A stretch of 62,352 nucleotides of DNA from Anaerolineales bacterium. Lineage in GTDB: Bacteria; Chloroflexota; Anaerolineae; Anaerolineales; UBA6663. Below, one piece after another: positions 18,976 to 34,551 of this stretch. A model generated the notes under the pieces. That model searched no databases. It was given only the letters and a program-made list of their open reading frames with translations, and was not told the DNA's origin. Location: contig JAVQXV010000002.1 of the NCBI GenBank assembly GCA_033577755.1, positions 1 through 62,352 on the forward strand, in the 5' to 3' direction. Positions within the stretch are counted from its first letter, which is position 1; every line of letters begins with the position of its first letter. The position numbers and the translations under genes were made by a program.

Positions 18976-19130
18976 GTGTACACGCAAAACATGTCAGTCG
19001 CACCCTGAGCGGAGCGAAGCGCAGTCGAAGGATGCCCGCCGCGCAGGACATCCTGAGCGTGGCTTCGCTTCGCGAAGCCCGCCGAAGGACGAAGGGGCGG
19101 CACGTTCCCTGACAACCTTTGCGCGCACAC
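18976..19130 (-). mobile_element. MITE/REP-like dispersed repeat, long variant with extra internal unit
   Basis: Ends gtgtacacgcaaaacatgtcag / ctgacaacctttgcgcgcacac are imperfect inverted repeats; homologous to 46328-46430. Confidence 0.75.
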
Positions 19131-19174
19131 CGCTTGGCTTGCCGCGCTTGCCCTGTACAACTTCTTCGGTTCTA

Positions 19175-19183
19175 TGCTAAAAT
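19175..19183 (+). promoter_or_regulatory. Extended -10 (TGcTAAAAT) upstream of the riboswitch
   Basis: Motif match and position. Confidence 0.5.
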
Positions 19184-19215
19184 CCCACGCGTCTTGTGCG
19201 TCAAACAACTTCATA

Positions 19216-19369
19216 CACTGTCGAGGTGTCCCGGTGCCTGTCTCCGACAGGCTCAAAGGCCCGGATGCCAGGGCATAATGGTGGAAGCCGGTGAAAGTCC
19301 GGCGCTGTGCCGCAACTGTGAGTGCGCCGTGGAGCGTACAAGCCAGGAAGCTTGCCTCGACCGTCAGTG
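19216..19369 (+). ncRNA. Cobalamin riboswitch
   Basis: GGAAgccGGTGAAAgTCCggcgCTGtgCCGCAACTGT core, B12-box-like AGCCAGGAAGCTTGCC, P1 gtcgagg/cctcgac; upstream of B12 genes. Confidence 0.92.
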
Positions 19370-19453
19370 CATAACCTTCTCGTGAGCAAGGAGGTGTAGC
19401 ATGCCCAGAGCACCGTGAACTCGTGTGTGATAGGGCAATCGGTCAAGCCCATT

Positions 19454-19491
19454 AACCCCCGCCGAGAAGGCGGGGGTTTCGTTTTTTGTTT
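19454..19491 (+). terminator. Intrinsic terminator (riboswitch expression platform)
   Basis: aacccccgcc-gagaa-ggcgggggtt followed by a T-rich tract. Confidence 0.85.
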
Positions 19492-19556
19492 GGCCGAGAT
19501 TTTGACCGCCGCGCCGTAACCCGGCGCGCCGATCACAATGAGGAGTAGTACACACC

Positions 19557-20870
19557 ATGTCACACACGAAGAACCAACACCTGAATGTTCGTCTGCTTCT
19601 TGCAGCCTTTTTCATCGTTGCCCTAACCGCCTGCGCGCCGGCGCAGCCCACCGCCGTCCCCGCGACGCAACCGGTGGCCACCGTCGAGCCGACAAAGCCA
19701 CCCACGGCTCCGCCCAGCCCGACGCCGCAACCGACGCCCGCAGCGCCAACCACCAACCTCGCCGATAGTTGCGTCGAGACCTACAACGCCGACGTTGACT
19801 ACTTCCCCGAAAAAGTCACCGTCGAGGACGCCACCGGCTTTGTGGTGGAATACTTCAAGCACTACAAGGTCGTCACCGTCCTCAAGCCGTGGCGCGGCGC
19901 CGAGCAGCAGTTCAAGTACGTCATCGTGCAGTGCGGCACGCCCAAGCCGACCGACATCGGGGATGCCCTGGTTATCGAGGCGCCGGTCAAGGACGTGATC
20001 GCCATGAGCACCACGCAGCTTCCTCACCTGGAGAAGCTCGACCTGCTCGACCGCTTGCTGGGCCTGGACAGCTTCCAATATGTGAACAATCCCAAGGTGC
20101 GCACGCTGATTGACGCCGGTGCGCTGGTCGAGATCGGCAGCGGCGCCGAGGTCAACATCGAGAAGACCATCGCCGCCGAGCCTGACCTGGTGATGACCTA
20201 CGGCGTCGGCGACCCGCAGTACGATGCCCATCCCAAGCTGCTGGAAGCCGGAATCCCCACCATCCTCAACGCCGAGTACATGGAAGGCACGCCGTTGGGC
20301 CGCGCCGAGTGGATTAAGTTCACGGCGCTGTTCTTCAACAGGGAGGCCGAGGCCCAGTTGGAGTACGCGGCGATGAAAAAGCGCTATCAGGAGGTGGCCG
20401 AGAAGGCCAAGGCCGCTACGACCAAGCCCACCGTGATCTCCGGCATGGCCAGCAAGGACAAGTGGCGCGTGCCCGGCGGCGGCAGCTACGCCGCGCGGCT
20501 GATCATAGACGCCGGCGGCGCCTACCTCTACGCCGACGACACCAGCGCCGGCAGCCTCTCGCTGACCTTTGAAGAGGTCTACGACAAGGCGGTCAAGGCC
20601 GACGTCTGGTTGCTGACCAGCTTCCAGCGCTATGACAGCATCAAGGCCATCCTGGAGGCCGAGCCGCGCTATGCCGAAATGGCCGCTGTGAAGAACGGCA
20701 ACGTCTGGAACTACGACAAGCGCGTGAATGAAAACGGCGGCAACGACTACTGGGAGACCGGCGTCGGCAACCCGCACCTCCTGCTGGCCGACTTGGTCAA
20801 GATTCTGCATCCGGCGCTGTTACCGGACCACGAGCTGGTGTTCTGGCGGCAGATTCCGGCCGCGCCGTAA
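19557..20870 (+). CDS. Cobalamin/iron-siderophore ABC transporter substrate-binding lipoprotein (BtuF-like)
   Basis: Lipobox LTAC, Pro/Thr linker, EGTPLGRAEWIKF, NDYWETG; first gene behind the B12 riboswitch. Confidence 0.88.
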   Translation: MSHTKNQHLNVRLLLAAFFIVALTACAPAQPTAVPATQPVATVEPTKPPTAPPSPTPQPTPAAPTTNLADSCVETYNADVDYFPEKVTVEDATGFVVEYFKHYKVVTVLKPWRGAEQQFKYVIVQCGTPKPTDIGDALVIEAPVKDVIAMSTTQLPHLEKLDLLDRLLGLDSFQYVNNPKVRTLIDAGALVEIGSGAEVNIEKTIAAEPDLVMTYGVGDPQYDAHPKLLEAGIPTILNAEYMEGTPLGRAEWIKFTALFFNREAEAQLEYAAMKKRYQEVAEKAKAATTKPTVISGMASKDKWRVPGGGSYAARLIIDAGGAYLYADDTSAGSLSLTFEEVYDKAVKADVWLLTSFQRYDSIKAILEAEPRYAEMAAVKNGNVWNYDKRVNENGGNDYWETGVGNPHLLLADLVKILHPALLPDHELVFWRQIPAAP

Positions 20871-20873
20871 TCA

Positions 20874-21971
20874 ATGAAGGTGAGCGCTCCTTCAGGGGTC
20901 GGTCAGGCGGCCAAACCGCTGGCCGACCCCTTTCCACCGCTGGGCATTCGCCGCAGCGTGCTGGTCGGGCTGGCCGCCTTTGCCCTGCTCGCCTTTCTGC
21001 TCTCGCTGGCCATCGGCTCGGTGCCCATCCCGCTCGCCGAAGTCGTGCATGTCCTGCTGGGCGGGCAGGCGAGCGAGGCTACCTGGCAGACCATCATCCT
21101 GCTCTTCCGGCTACCTAAGGCCATCACAGCCCTGCTGGCCGGCGCGGCGCTGAGCGTGGCCGGCCTGCAGATGCAGACCATCTTCCGCAATCCGCTGGCC
21201 GATCCCTTCGTGCTCGGCATCAGCAGCGGCGCCAGCCTGGGCGTGGCGCTGGTGGTGTTGGGCGGCACAAGTGCTAACGTCACCGTCTTCGGTCGCACGG
21301 CTTACCTCGGCGACTTCGGACTGGTGACGGCGGCCTCCCTCGGCGCAGCGGCGGTCTTCGCCGTGGTGCTGGCCATCGCCCGCCGCGTCCAGAGCGTGGT
21401 GACCCTGCTCGTGCTGGGCCTAATGATCAGTTACCTCACCAGCGCAGTCGTGAGCCTGCTCATCTACTTCAGCATCCCCGAGCAAATCAGCGCCTACATC
21501 AACTGGACCTTCGGCAGCTTCGGCGGGGTGACCTGGCAGCAGATGCGGGCCTTGGCGCCGGCGCTGCTGCTGGGGCTGACGCTGGCCCTGCTGACGGCCA
21601 AGCCGCTGAACGCGCTGCTGCTGGGCGAGAACTACGCGGCCAGCATGGGGGTCAATGTGCGCGCGGCGCGCTGGCTGGTGACCGCTAGCGCCTCACTGCT
21701 GGCCGGCGCCGTGACCGCGTTCTGCGGCCCCATCGGCTTCATCGGCATCGCCGTGCCGCACCTGTGCCGCGCCCTGTTCGGCACCAGCGACCACCGCATG
21801 TTGTTGCCGGCGGCGCTGCTGCTGGGCGGCGGGCTGGCGCTCATCTTCGACCTCATCTCGCAGATGCCCGGCGCGCGCGCCGCCTTGCCGCTTAACGTCG
21901 TCACCTCCGCCGTGGGCGCGCCGGTGATTCTGTGGATTGTCATGCGCCGCCAGAGCTTCGGACAGGTGTGA
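20874..21971 (+). CDS. FecCD/BtuC family ABC permease
   Basis: RLPKA, QTIFRNPLADPFVLGISSGA, GPIGFIGIAVPH. Confidence 0.92.
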   Translation: MKVSAPSGVGQAAKPLADPFPPLGIRRSVLVGLAAFALLAFLLSLAIGSVPIPLAEVVHVLLGGQASEATWQTIILLFRLPKAITALLAGAALSVAGLQMQTIFRNPLADPFVLGISSGASLGVALVVLGGTSANVTVFGRTAYLGDFGLVTAASLGAAAVFAVVLAIARRVQSVVTLLVLGLMISYLTSAVVSLLIYFSIPEQISAYINWTFGSFGGVTWQQMRALAPALLLGLTLALLTAKPLNALLLGENYAASMGVNVRAARWLVTASASLLAGAVTAFCGPIGFIGIAVPHLCRALFGTSDHRMLLPAALLLGGGLALIFDLISQMPGARAALPLNVVTSAVGAPVILWIVMRRQSFGQV

Positions 21972-21979
21972 GGTGTGCC

Positions 21980-22840
<861 letters not shown>

Positions 22841-23200
22841 TCCTGCCCACCATGACGCCCTATGCCCGGCACGTGCTCTTCTGCACCGGCCGCTACTGCG
22901 ACCCGGATGGCAAGGCCGAGGCGCTCTACCGCGCGCTGCCCCGCCTGTTGGGCGAGCTGGGGCGCTACGACAACCCCCGACGCGTCAAGCGCGGCACCTG
23001 TCCCTGCCTGGGCGTTTGCTATGGAGGCCCGCTTGCCGTGGTGTATCCCGAAGGCATCTGGTACTGCATCCCGGACGAGGCGGCGCTCAAGCGCATCGTC
23101 GAGGAGCATCTGCGCGGAGGCCGCCCGGTGGAGGCGCTGATTTTTCATCGCCTCGCAACCCCCAACTCTGCGACTTCAGCCCCTCAGGGCAAGAACCAAA

Positions 23201-23848
<648 letters not shown>

Positions 23849-23849
23849 G

Positions 23850-28076
<4,227 letters not shown>

Positions 28077-28117
28077 TCGGGTGAGTTTATCAACTCATTC
28101 CACGAGAGGAGGCTTCC

Positions 28118-28879
28118 ATGCAAACTACCAGGAAATACCCATTGCTCCTCCGTGCCCTGTTGTTGGGTGCGGCCCTGATACTGCTGCCCGCCGGCCTGGC
28201 CTGGGCGCGCCCGTCCCGGATGCACATCATGGAGGGCTTCCTGCCCCTGGAGTGGTGCCTCATCTGGTTCGCGGCGTCGCTGCCGTTCTGGGTGATAGGC
28301 TTCATCCAGTTGCGGCGTATCGTGGCCGAGAAGCCGGAGGCGCGTCTGTTGCTGGGCCTTTCGGGGGCCTACGCCTTTGTGCTCAGCGCGCTCAAAATTC
28401 CCAGCGTCACCGGCTCCAGCAGCCACCCGACCGGCACCGGGCTGGGCGCCATCCTGTTCGGGCCGTTCGTCATGTCCATCATCGGCAGCATCGTCCTGCT
28501 TTTCCAGGCTCTGCTGCTGGCGCACGGCGGCCTGACGACTCTGGGCGCCAACACGTTCAGCATGGCCATCGTCGGCCCGTTGGTCGCCTGGGGGCTATGG
28601 AAGGGCTTGCGAGACCGCGTCCCTCTGGGCATCGTCGTCTTCCTGGCCGCCGCCCTCGCCGACCTGATGACATACGTGGTAACCTCGCTGCAACTGGCGC
28701 TGGCCTTCCCCGACCCGGCCGGCGGCTTCATCGCCTCGTTCATCAAGTTCGGCACGATCTTCGCCGTCACCCAAGTGCCGCTTGCTGTCAGTGAAGGCCT
28801 GCTCACCGTTCTCATCATGAATGCCCTGCGCAGCGCCGCCCCCGCAGACCTGAAGGCGCTTGGCGTCGAAGGAGCCTAA
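28118..28879 (+). CDS. cbiM: Cobalt ECF transporter substrate component
   Basis: Signal peptide then [35 protein letters not shown]. Confidence 0.95.
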   Translation: MQTTRKYPLLLRALLLGAALILLPAGLAWARPSRMHIMEGFLPLEWCLIWFAASLPFWVIGFIQLRRIVAEKPEARLLLGLSGAYAFVLSALKIPSVTGSSSHPTGTGLGAILFGPFVMSIIGSIVLLFQALLLAHGGLTTLGANTFSMAIVGPLVAWGLWKGLRDRVPLGIVVFLAAALADLMTYVVTSLQLALAFPDPAGGFIASFIKFGTIFAVTQVPLAVSEGLLTVLIMNALRSAAPADLKALGVEGA

Positions 28880-28880
28880 G

Positions 28881-29180
28881 ATGAACAACCGCACCTGGCT
28901 GACTGTCGTGCTCATCATAGCCGTCATCGTACTGGCTATCGTCCCCTTTGGATTGCACCCGAAATCGGAGTTCGGTGGCGCGGACGTCGAGGCCGAGACT
29001 GCCATCACCGAAATCAACCCGGAATACACACCGTGGTTCGAGCCTATCTGGTCGCCGCCCGGCGGCGAGACGGAGAGCCTGCTGTTCGCGCTTCAGGCTG
29101 CGCTGGGCGCGGGCGTCATCGGCTACTACTTCGGGCTGAAACGCGGCGAGCAGCGCGCGAAGTCGAAATCATCGCCGTGA
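28881..29180 (+). CDS. cbiN: Cobalt transport protein
   Basis: FGGAD, YTPWFEPIWSPPGGETESLLFALQAALG. Confidence 0.95.
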   Translation: MNNRTWLTVVLIIAVIVLAIVPFGLHPKSEFGGADVEAETAITEINPEYTPWFEPIWSPPGGETESLLFALQAALGAGVIGYYFGLKRGEQRAKSKSSP

Positions 29181-29184
29181 GCAG

Positions 29185-29949
29185 ATGCGCCTGATTGATA
29201 CCTATGCGTACGCCAACCGGCTCCGGCGCTTTGATCCCGCGCTCAAGGTCGGCCTGACGCTCTGGGTCATCCTGCTCTGCCTGACCCTCAACCGGCCTCT
29301 GGTCAGCGCTGCGACGCTGGCCTGGATGCTGGCGCTCGGCATGGTCTGGGCGGGCCTCCCGGCGCGGGTGGTGCTCAAGCTATTGTTCGTCGAAGGCATG
29401 TTCCTGCTGCTGGGCGTGCTTGGCATCATCGTGACAGCAGGCCTGGAACCGCCCGTCGGCCCTACTCTCCAGATTGGCCCGCTGTGGCTGGCGGTCTCGC
29501 CGGAGGCGGTAGGGACGGCGCTGGCGCTGGTAGGTCGCTCGCTCGGCTGCGCGGCAGCCCTGAACCTGCTGGCGCTGACGACGCCGCTGGTGGACTTGAT
29601 CACTCTCGGACGCCGGCTGCATGTGCCCGAACTGCTGCTGGATTTGATGACGCTGACCTACCGCTTCATCTTCACCCTGTTGGAATGTCTGGAGCGGATG
29701 CGACTGGCGCAGGAGGCGCGGCTGGGCTACGCCACTCCGCACCGGGCACTGAGCAGCGCAGCCTGGATTGCGGCCAATTTGCTGACCGAGACCCTGCGCC
29801 GTAGCCGACAGCTTCAACTGGCTCTGGAGTGCCGCGGCTGGGAAGGTCGGCTGCGCGTGCTACCGGGCGAGTATGTTTGCCCGCGCCACACAGGCGTGAT
29901 TGCACTGCTGGTCACCGGGACTCTGATCGCGGCCTGGAGCTGGCGCTGA
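29185..29949 (+). CDS. cbiQ: Cobalt ECF transporter T component
   Basis: IDTYAY.NRL, LTYRFIF, AQEARLGY, ALECRG. Confidence 0.9.
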   Translation: MRLIDTYAYANRLRRFDPALKVGLTLWVILLCLTLNRPLVSAATLAWMLALGMVWAGLPARVVLKLLFVEGMFLLLGVLGIIVTAGLEPPVGPTLQIGPLWLAVSPEAVGTALALVGRSLGCAAALNLLALTTPLVDLITLGRRLHVPELLLDLMTLTYRFIFTLLECLERMRLAQEARLGYATPHRALSSAAWIAANLLTETLRRSRQLQLALECRGWEGRLRVLPGEYVCPRHTGVIALLVTGTLIAAWSWR

Positions 29950-30707
29950 TGTGCCGGGTGGCGCTGGACCGACTGCACTATCGCTACCCCGGCGCAGCCG
30001 ACGACGCCCTGCGCGATGTGTCGTTCGAATTCCCGGCCGGGCAGCGCATCGCGCTCCTAGGACGCAACGGCTCGGGCAAGTCCACGCTGGTTCTGCACTG
30101 CAACGGCCTGCTGCGCCCACGGCGCGGGACGGTGCGGCTGGACGGTCAACCCGTCGCCTACGACCGCCGCTCACTCCTGCGCCTGCGCCGGCACGTCGGC
30201 GTGGTCTTCCAAAACCCGGATGAACAGCTCTTCAGCGCCAGCGTGGCCGAGGACATCAGCCTTGGGCCACTCAATCTGGGACTGAGCCAGGCCGAAGTCC
30301 GCGACCGCGTGCAGATAGCAGCAGCGCTGTGCGACATCGAGCCGTTGCTGGAGCGCCCGACGCACGCCCTCAGTGGAGGCGAAAAGACGCGCGTGGCGCT
30401 GGCCGGCATCCTGGCCATGGACCCCGACATCCTGATTGCGGACGAGGTCACCAACAGCCTTGACCCTTGGATGCGCCAGCAGGTGCTGGTCATCTTCGAG
30501 CGTCTGGTTGCGCAGGCCAAGACGGTCATGCTGGCCACGCACGACCTGGAGCTGGCCCGGCGCTGGGCCGACCGCGTGCTCGTCATGGAGGCCGGTCGCC
30601 TCGTGGCCAATGGCAGGCCGGCGCAGGTATTTGCCGACCCGTTGGTGCGCAGCTTACTGGCTCTGGACGACCGCAACGCCGGCTCCACCCACCCCAAAGA
30701 AAGCTGA
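29949..30707 (+). CDS. cbiO: Cobalt ECF transporter ATPase
   Basis: GRNGSGKST, VFQNPDEQLF, LSGGEK; starts at the cbiQ stop. Confidence 0.9.
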   Translation: MCRVALDRLHYRYPGAADDALRDVSFEFPAGQRIALLGRNGSGKSTLVLHCNGLLRPRRGTVRLDGQPVAYDRRSLLRLRRHVGVVFQNPDEQLFSASVAEDISLGPLNLGLSQAEVRDRVQIAAALCDIEPLLERPTHALSGGEKTRVALAGILAMDPDILIADEVTNSLDPWMRQQVLVIFERLVAQAKTVMLATHDLELARRWADRVLVMEAGRLVANGRPAQVFADPLVRSLLALDDRNAGSTHPKES

Positions 30708-30714
30708 GGTCTCA

Positions 30715-31008
30715 ATGACGTTGCCGTTGGCCGGGTTGTTTTCCTCAGAACGCATCGCCATCTCGCCGGAAGTGCAGCTATTGCGTATTGACCTCCCGGC
30801 TCTATTGCGCCGGCACCTGGCCGGAGATTGGGGCTTTGTATCCGGCCAACAGCGCCGCGCCAATGAGGCCGGCATCCTCACGCAGGGCCGCCTCATTTCT
30901 ATCTTTCAGACAACAGCCGGCGAAGTCTGGTTCATCACCGAGCCGGGCCACACGTTTACCTGCTGCCTGACTCCGGCTGAGTATGCCCGCTACTACGGCC
31001 CGGAGTGA
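30715..31008 (+). CDS. Small hypothetical protein of the RH-x-x-GDWG family
   Basis: LRRHLAGDWG, N..I..GRLIS, VWFITE..T..L.P.EY; gaggt RBS. Confidence 0.7.
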   Translation: MTLPLAGLFSSERIAISPEVQLLRIDLPALLRRHLAGDWGFVSGQQRRANEAGILTQGRLISIFQTTAGEVWFITEPGHTFTCCLTPAEYARYYGPE

Positions 31009-31030
31009 GATAGCGTCTGAACAACACTCC

Positions 31031-32431
31031 ATGATGCAGCCGTCCCGCCTCTCGCGCCGCCTCCCGCGCCTGCTCGTCGCCGCGCCGGCCAGTGGCAGCG
31101 GCAAAACCACCTTCACCGCCGGTCTGATTGCGGCCCTGACGGCCAGAGGGTTGCGCGTGGCGGCCTTCAAGGCCGGCCCGGATTACATTGACCCGACCTA
31201 CCACACGCTGGCCTCCGGGCGGCCCTGCCACAATCTGGATACCTGGCTGGCGCCCGCCGAGCGGCTCGCGGCCGGCTTCGTCCGTCGCGCAAATGACGCC
31301 GACATCGCCATTGTCGAGGGCGTGATGGGCCTCTTCGATGGTTACTCGGGGCTGGACGACACCGGCAGCACCGCCCACCTCGCCCGCCTTCTCGATGCAC
31401 CTGTGCTCCTGATGCTGGATGTCGGCGCGATGGCGCGCAGCGCCGCCGCCGTGGTGCGCGGTTTCCGCGACTTCGACCCGCGCGTGCGGCTGGGAGGTGT
31501 GGTGCTCAATCGCGTCGGCAGCCCGCGCCACGCCCAGATGGTGAAAGACGCCATCGAAAGCGAAACCGGCCTGCCCGTCGTTGGCTATCTCCCGCGAGAC
31601 GATGAATTGCACCTGCCGGAACGCCATCTCGGCCTGATCCCTACACTCGAACCGGGGCGCTGGTCGGCGTGGCTCAATGCAGTTCGCACAAAACTCGAGA
31701 CGACTGTGAACGTCGAGCGTATTCTCGAACTGGCCGGCAGCGCCCCGCCCCTGCCCGATTTCACCGACGACCCCTTTACCGCCTTTGCGCCGGGAGCGCG
31801 CGCCGTCATCGCCGTCGCCCGCGATGCGGCCTTCAACTTCCTGTACGAAGACAACCTCGACCTGCTGCGCGCCGCCGGTGCCGAGATCGTCTTCTTCAGC
31901 CCGCTGCATGACGCCGCGCTGCCGGCCGGCGCGCAGGCCGTTTACCTGTGCGGCGGCTTCCCTGAACTGTACGCCGAGCAACTCTCCGTAAACACCTCAC
32001 TGCACGCCGAACTGCGCGCTGCCCATGCGCGTGGCCTCCCCATCTACGCCGAGTGCGGCGGCCTGATGTACCTGACCGAGGCGATTTGCGACCTACAGGG
32101 GCGGCTGTGGCCGATGGCGGGGCTGCTGCCCGGCCTGAGCGCGATGACCCCGCGCCTGACGTTGGGCTATCGCCGGCTGCGGGCTGCGGGCGACAACTGG
32201 CTGTGGCGCGCGGGCGAACCCATGCGCGGGCACGAGTTTCATCATTCGGTCTGGCAGGGCCGGCCCCGCGACCTTCCGTTCCTGTACGAACTTCTGCCGG
32301 ACTCTTCTCACGGCGAGCCGCAGCCGGAGGGCGTTCAGATGGGCAGCCTCCTCGCCTCGTACGTCCACCTACACTTTCTTTCCTACCCAACCCTGGCTAT
32401 GCGCTTTGTGCAGGCGGCAGGTAACCCGTAG
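31031..32431 (+). CDS. cobB: Cobyrinate/hydrogenobyrinate a,c-diamide synthase
   Basis: SGSGKTT, FKAGPDYIDP, VEGVMGLFDG, LPERHLGL, AECGGLMYL, GHEFH. Confidence 0.95.
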   Translation: MMQPSRLSRRLPRLLVAAPASGSGKTTFTAGLIAALTARGLRVAAFKAGPDYIDPTYHTLASGRPCHNLDTWLAPAERLAAGFVRRANDADIAIVEGVMGLFDGYSGLDDTGSTAHLARLLDAPVLLMLDVGAMARSAAAVVRGFRDFDPRVRLGGVVLNRVGSPRHAQMVKDAIESETGLPVVGYLPRDDELHLPERHLGLIPTLEPGRWSAWLNAVRTKLETTVNVERILELAGSAPPLPDFTDDPFTAFAPGARAVIAVARDAAFNFLYEDNLDLLRAAGAEIVFFSPLHDAALPAGAQAVYLCGGFPELYAEQLSVNTSLHAELRAAHARGLPIYAECGGLMYLTEAICDLQGRLWPMAGLLPGLSAMTPRLTLGYRRLRAAGDNWLWRAGEPMRGHEFHHSVWQGRPRDLPFLYELLPDSSHGEPQPEGVQMGSLLASYVHLHFLSYPTLAMRFVQAAGNP

Positions 32432-32523
32432 CGCCGACGGTTGCCCATATTGAGTGAAACCCAACCGAAGGTCGTTGGTAGGGCAATCACTACTAAACTT
32501 CCCTCTTCTCAAGAAAGATAAAA

Positions 32524-32557
32524 TCCATTATATTGGACAAAAGTCCATTATTTTGAA
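32524..32557. promoter_or_regulatory. Tandem palindromic operator boxes, probable IclR autoregulatory sites
   Basis: TCCATTATATTGGA (32524-32537) and TCCATTATTTTGAA (32544-32557), 20 bp apart. Confidence 0.65.
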
Positions 32558-33678
32558 TGAAGAACGAATCGGACCCCCTCTCTCCTGCTGTGGAACGCGC
32601 CCTGACCATTCTGGAAGTGGTGCGCGAACAGCCGCGCGGTGTGACTTTGGCCGATTTGCTGGCGCGCCTAGAGGTCTCTCGCAGTTCCCTGTTTGTGCTG
32701 CTCAACACGCTCAAGGCTTTAGGCTACCTCGAACAGACCGAAAGGCGTGGACGTTACCGCGCCGGGCCGCGCCTGCTGGCCTGGCAAAGCGGCGCCTCCC
32801 CCCTGCCCGCCGCAGAACTGCTGCCGGCCTTCTTCCAGGAGGCCGAAGCCCTTCACCCGGAGGAGACGCTGGCGCTCTTTGCCGCAACGCCCGGTGGCGA
32901 GGCCTGGCTGCTCGGCCAGGTAGAGGGCTGGCGCGAGGTACGCAGCGTGTTCGAGGTCGGACAACGCCTGCCGCCCTCCAGCGCTCCGGGCCGGCTCTTC
33001 CAGTCCCCCCTCCTCGCGGAGATTCCGGCACAGGGCTATGCCGTGACCCGGCGTGGCGATGCCGTGGACGTGGCCTTTCCCATCTGTCGTGATGGCGTCT
33101 CCCCTGTCGCGGCGCTGGTGTGGAGCCTGCCCGCCTTTCGCTGGAACGAGGTCGAAGCGCCCAAAAGCCTCTCGCCGGTGCGCGAGATGGCTGCACGCCT
33201 GTCCTATCGCCTCGGGGCGTTGCACTACTCGCCCTGGCAGACGGGAAGTGCCGAGACCCGGGAGACCCTGCCACTGGACAAGGCACAAATGACGGCGTTG
33301 CTGCAAGCGCCCTGGGCGGCGCGGCTGGCCTGTGTCCGTCCTGATGGTGCGCCGCACGTCGTCCCCGTCTGGCATGAGTGGGACGGCGAGGCCTTCCACG
33401 TGCTGGCATGGAAAGGTTCGCGCTGGGGTGAGTATCTGCGTCTCAACCCTCAGGTCTCGTTGACGGTGGATGAGCCGTTCCTGCCGCTGCGCCGCGTCTC
33501 GGCCAAAGGGATAGCTCAACCGGAATTTGATTCCGACGATCCACGCCTGAAGCATTTGCTGAAGCGGCTGAGCCGTCGCTACCTGGGTCGGAATCTGGCC
33601 ACCTCGCTAGCCCTCCCGGTGGAGCGTTCATTCCTGATTGTTCCTTCCTCCCTGAAAGGCTGGCAGGGGCTGGCGTGA
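32557..33678 (+). CDS. IclR-family regulator fused to a pyridoxamine 5'-phosphate oxidase-like (split-barrel) domain
   Basis: [28 protein letters not shown]; C-terminal [30 protein letters not shown]. Confidence 0.85.
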   Translation: MKNESDPLSPAVERALTILEVVREQPRGVTLADLLARLEVSRSSLFVLLNTLKALGYLEQTERRGRYRAGPRLLAWQSGASPLPAAELLPAFFQEAEALHPEETLALFAATPGGEAWLLGQVEGWREVRSVFEVGQRLPPSSAPGRLFQSPLLAEIPAQGYAVTRRGDAVDVAFPICRDGVSPVAALVWSLPAFRWNEVEAPKSLSPVREMAARLSYRLGALHYSPWQTGSAETRETLPLDKAQMTALLQAPWAARLACVRPDGAPHVVPVWHEWDGEAFHVLAWKGSRWGEYLRLNPQVSLTVDEPFLPLRRVSAKGIAQPEFDSDDPRLKHLLKRLSRRYLGRNLATSLALPVERSFLIVPSSLKGWQGLA

Positions 33679-34484
33679 TGAGCGACCGGCATTCGGCCTC
33701 CATGCAGACGAACATGCCGGACCCGGACTACGAACCCGCGCTTCAATCTTTCCACGCCGGCGTCGTGGCCGTCCTGATGCTGGTCGGCACTTTGGTCGCA
33801 TGGGAACTATTCGTCCGAATCACCCGGACCCCTGTGTATCTCCTCCCTGCGCCCAGCCGGATTGCTCAAACGTTTCTCTCTCAACCCCTATACTTTCTCG
33901 AAGCCCTGACCGTGACGCTGGGCGAAGCCTTAGCCGGTCTGATGCTCGGTGTGCTGGTGGGCGTGGGTGTGGCGGCGCTGACCGGCTTGAAGCCCTCGCT
34001 CGAACGCGGCGTGATGACGCTCGCCATCCTGGTCAAATCCACACCGCTGGCGACCATCGCCCCCCTGCTGACGATCTGGTTTGGGTTTGGCGTTCTGCCC
34101 AAAATCATCATCACCGCCCTGCTGACCTTCTTCCCAACCCTGGTGAATGTTCTGGTCGGCCTGCAAAGCGCCGAGCGGGAAATGCTGGACTTGATGCGTT
34201 CCTATCGCGCCACGAACTGGCAAATCCTCATCCATCTGCGCGCCTGGCTGGCGTTGCCCTTTCTGTTTGCCGCCCTGCGCATGGCTGCGCCGCTGGCGCT
34301 GGTGGGCGCAGTCATTGCCGAGTGGACGGGCGCCTCTGGCGGCCTGGGGCGGGTGATGTGGCTGGCCTATAGCAACCTCAACCTGCCGCCGATGTTCGCT
34401 GCTATCTTCGTCCTTTCTCTTTGCGGCATGGCGGCCTATGGACTCATCGTCTGGCTGGAGAAAAAAGTCATTCGTTGGAAATAG
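33675..34484 (+). CDS. ABC transporter permease, SsuC/TauC/ThiX-like
   Basis: [37 protein letters not shown]. Confidence 0.88.
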   Translation: MMSDRHSASMQTNMPDPDYEPALQSFHAGVVAVLMLVGTLVAWELFVRITRTPVYLLPAPSRIAQTFLSQPLYFLEALTVTLGEALAGLMLGVLVGVGVAALTGLKPSLERGVMTLAILVKSTPLATIAPLLTIWFGFGVLPKIIITALLTFFPTLVNVLVGLQSAEREMLDLMRSYRATNWQILIHLRAWLALPFLFAALRMAAPLALVGAVIAEWTGASGGLGRVMWLAYSNLNLPPMFAAIFVLSLCGMAAYGLIVWLEKKVIRWK

Positions 34485-34551
34485 GACAACGCTGAAAAGA
34501 AGCGTCCGGTCTCAAACCTAATCTGTTCGTCAAGGAGCATCCTCAATATCT

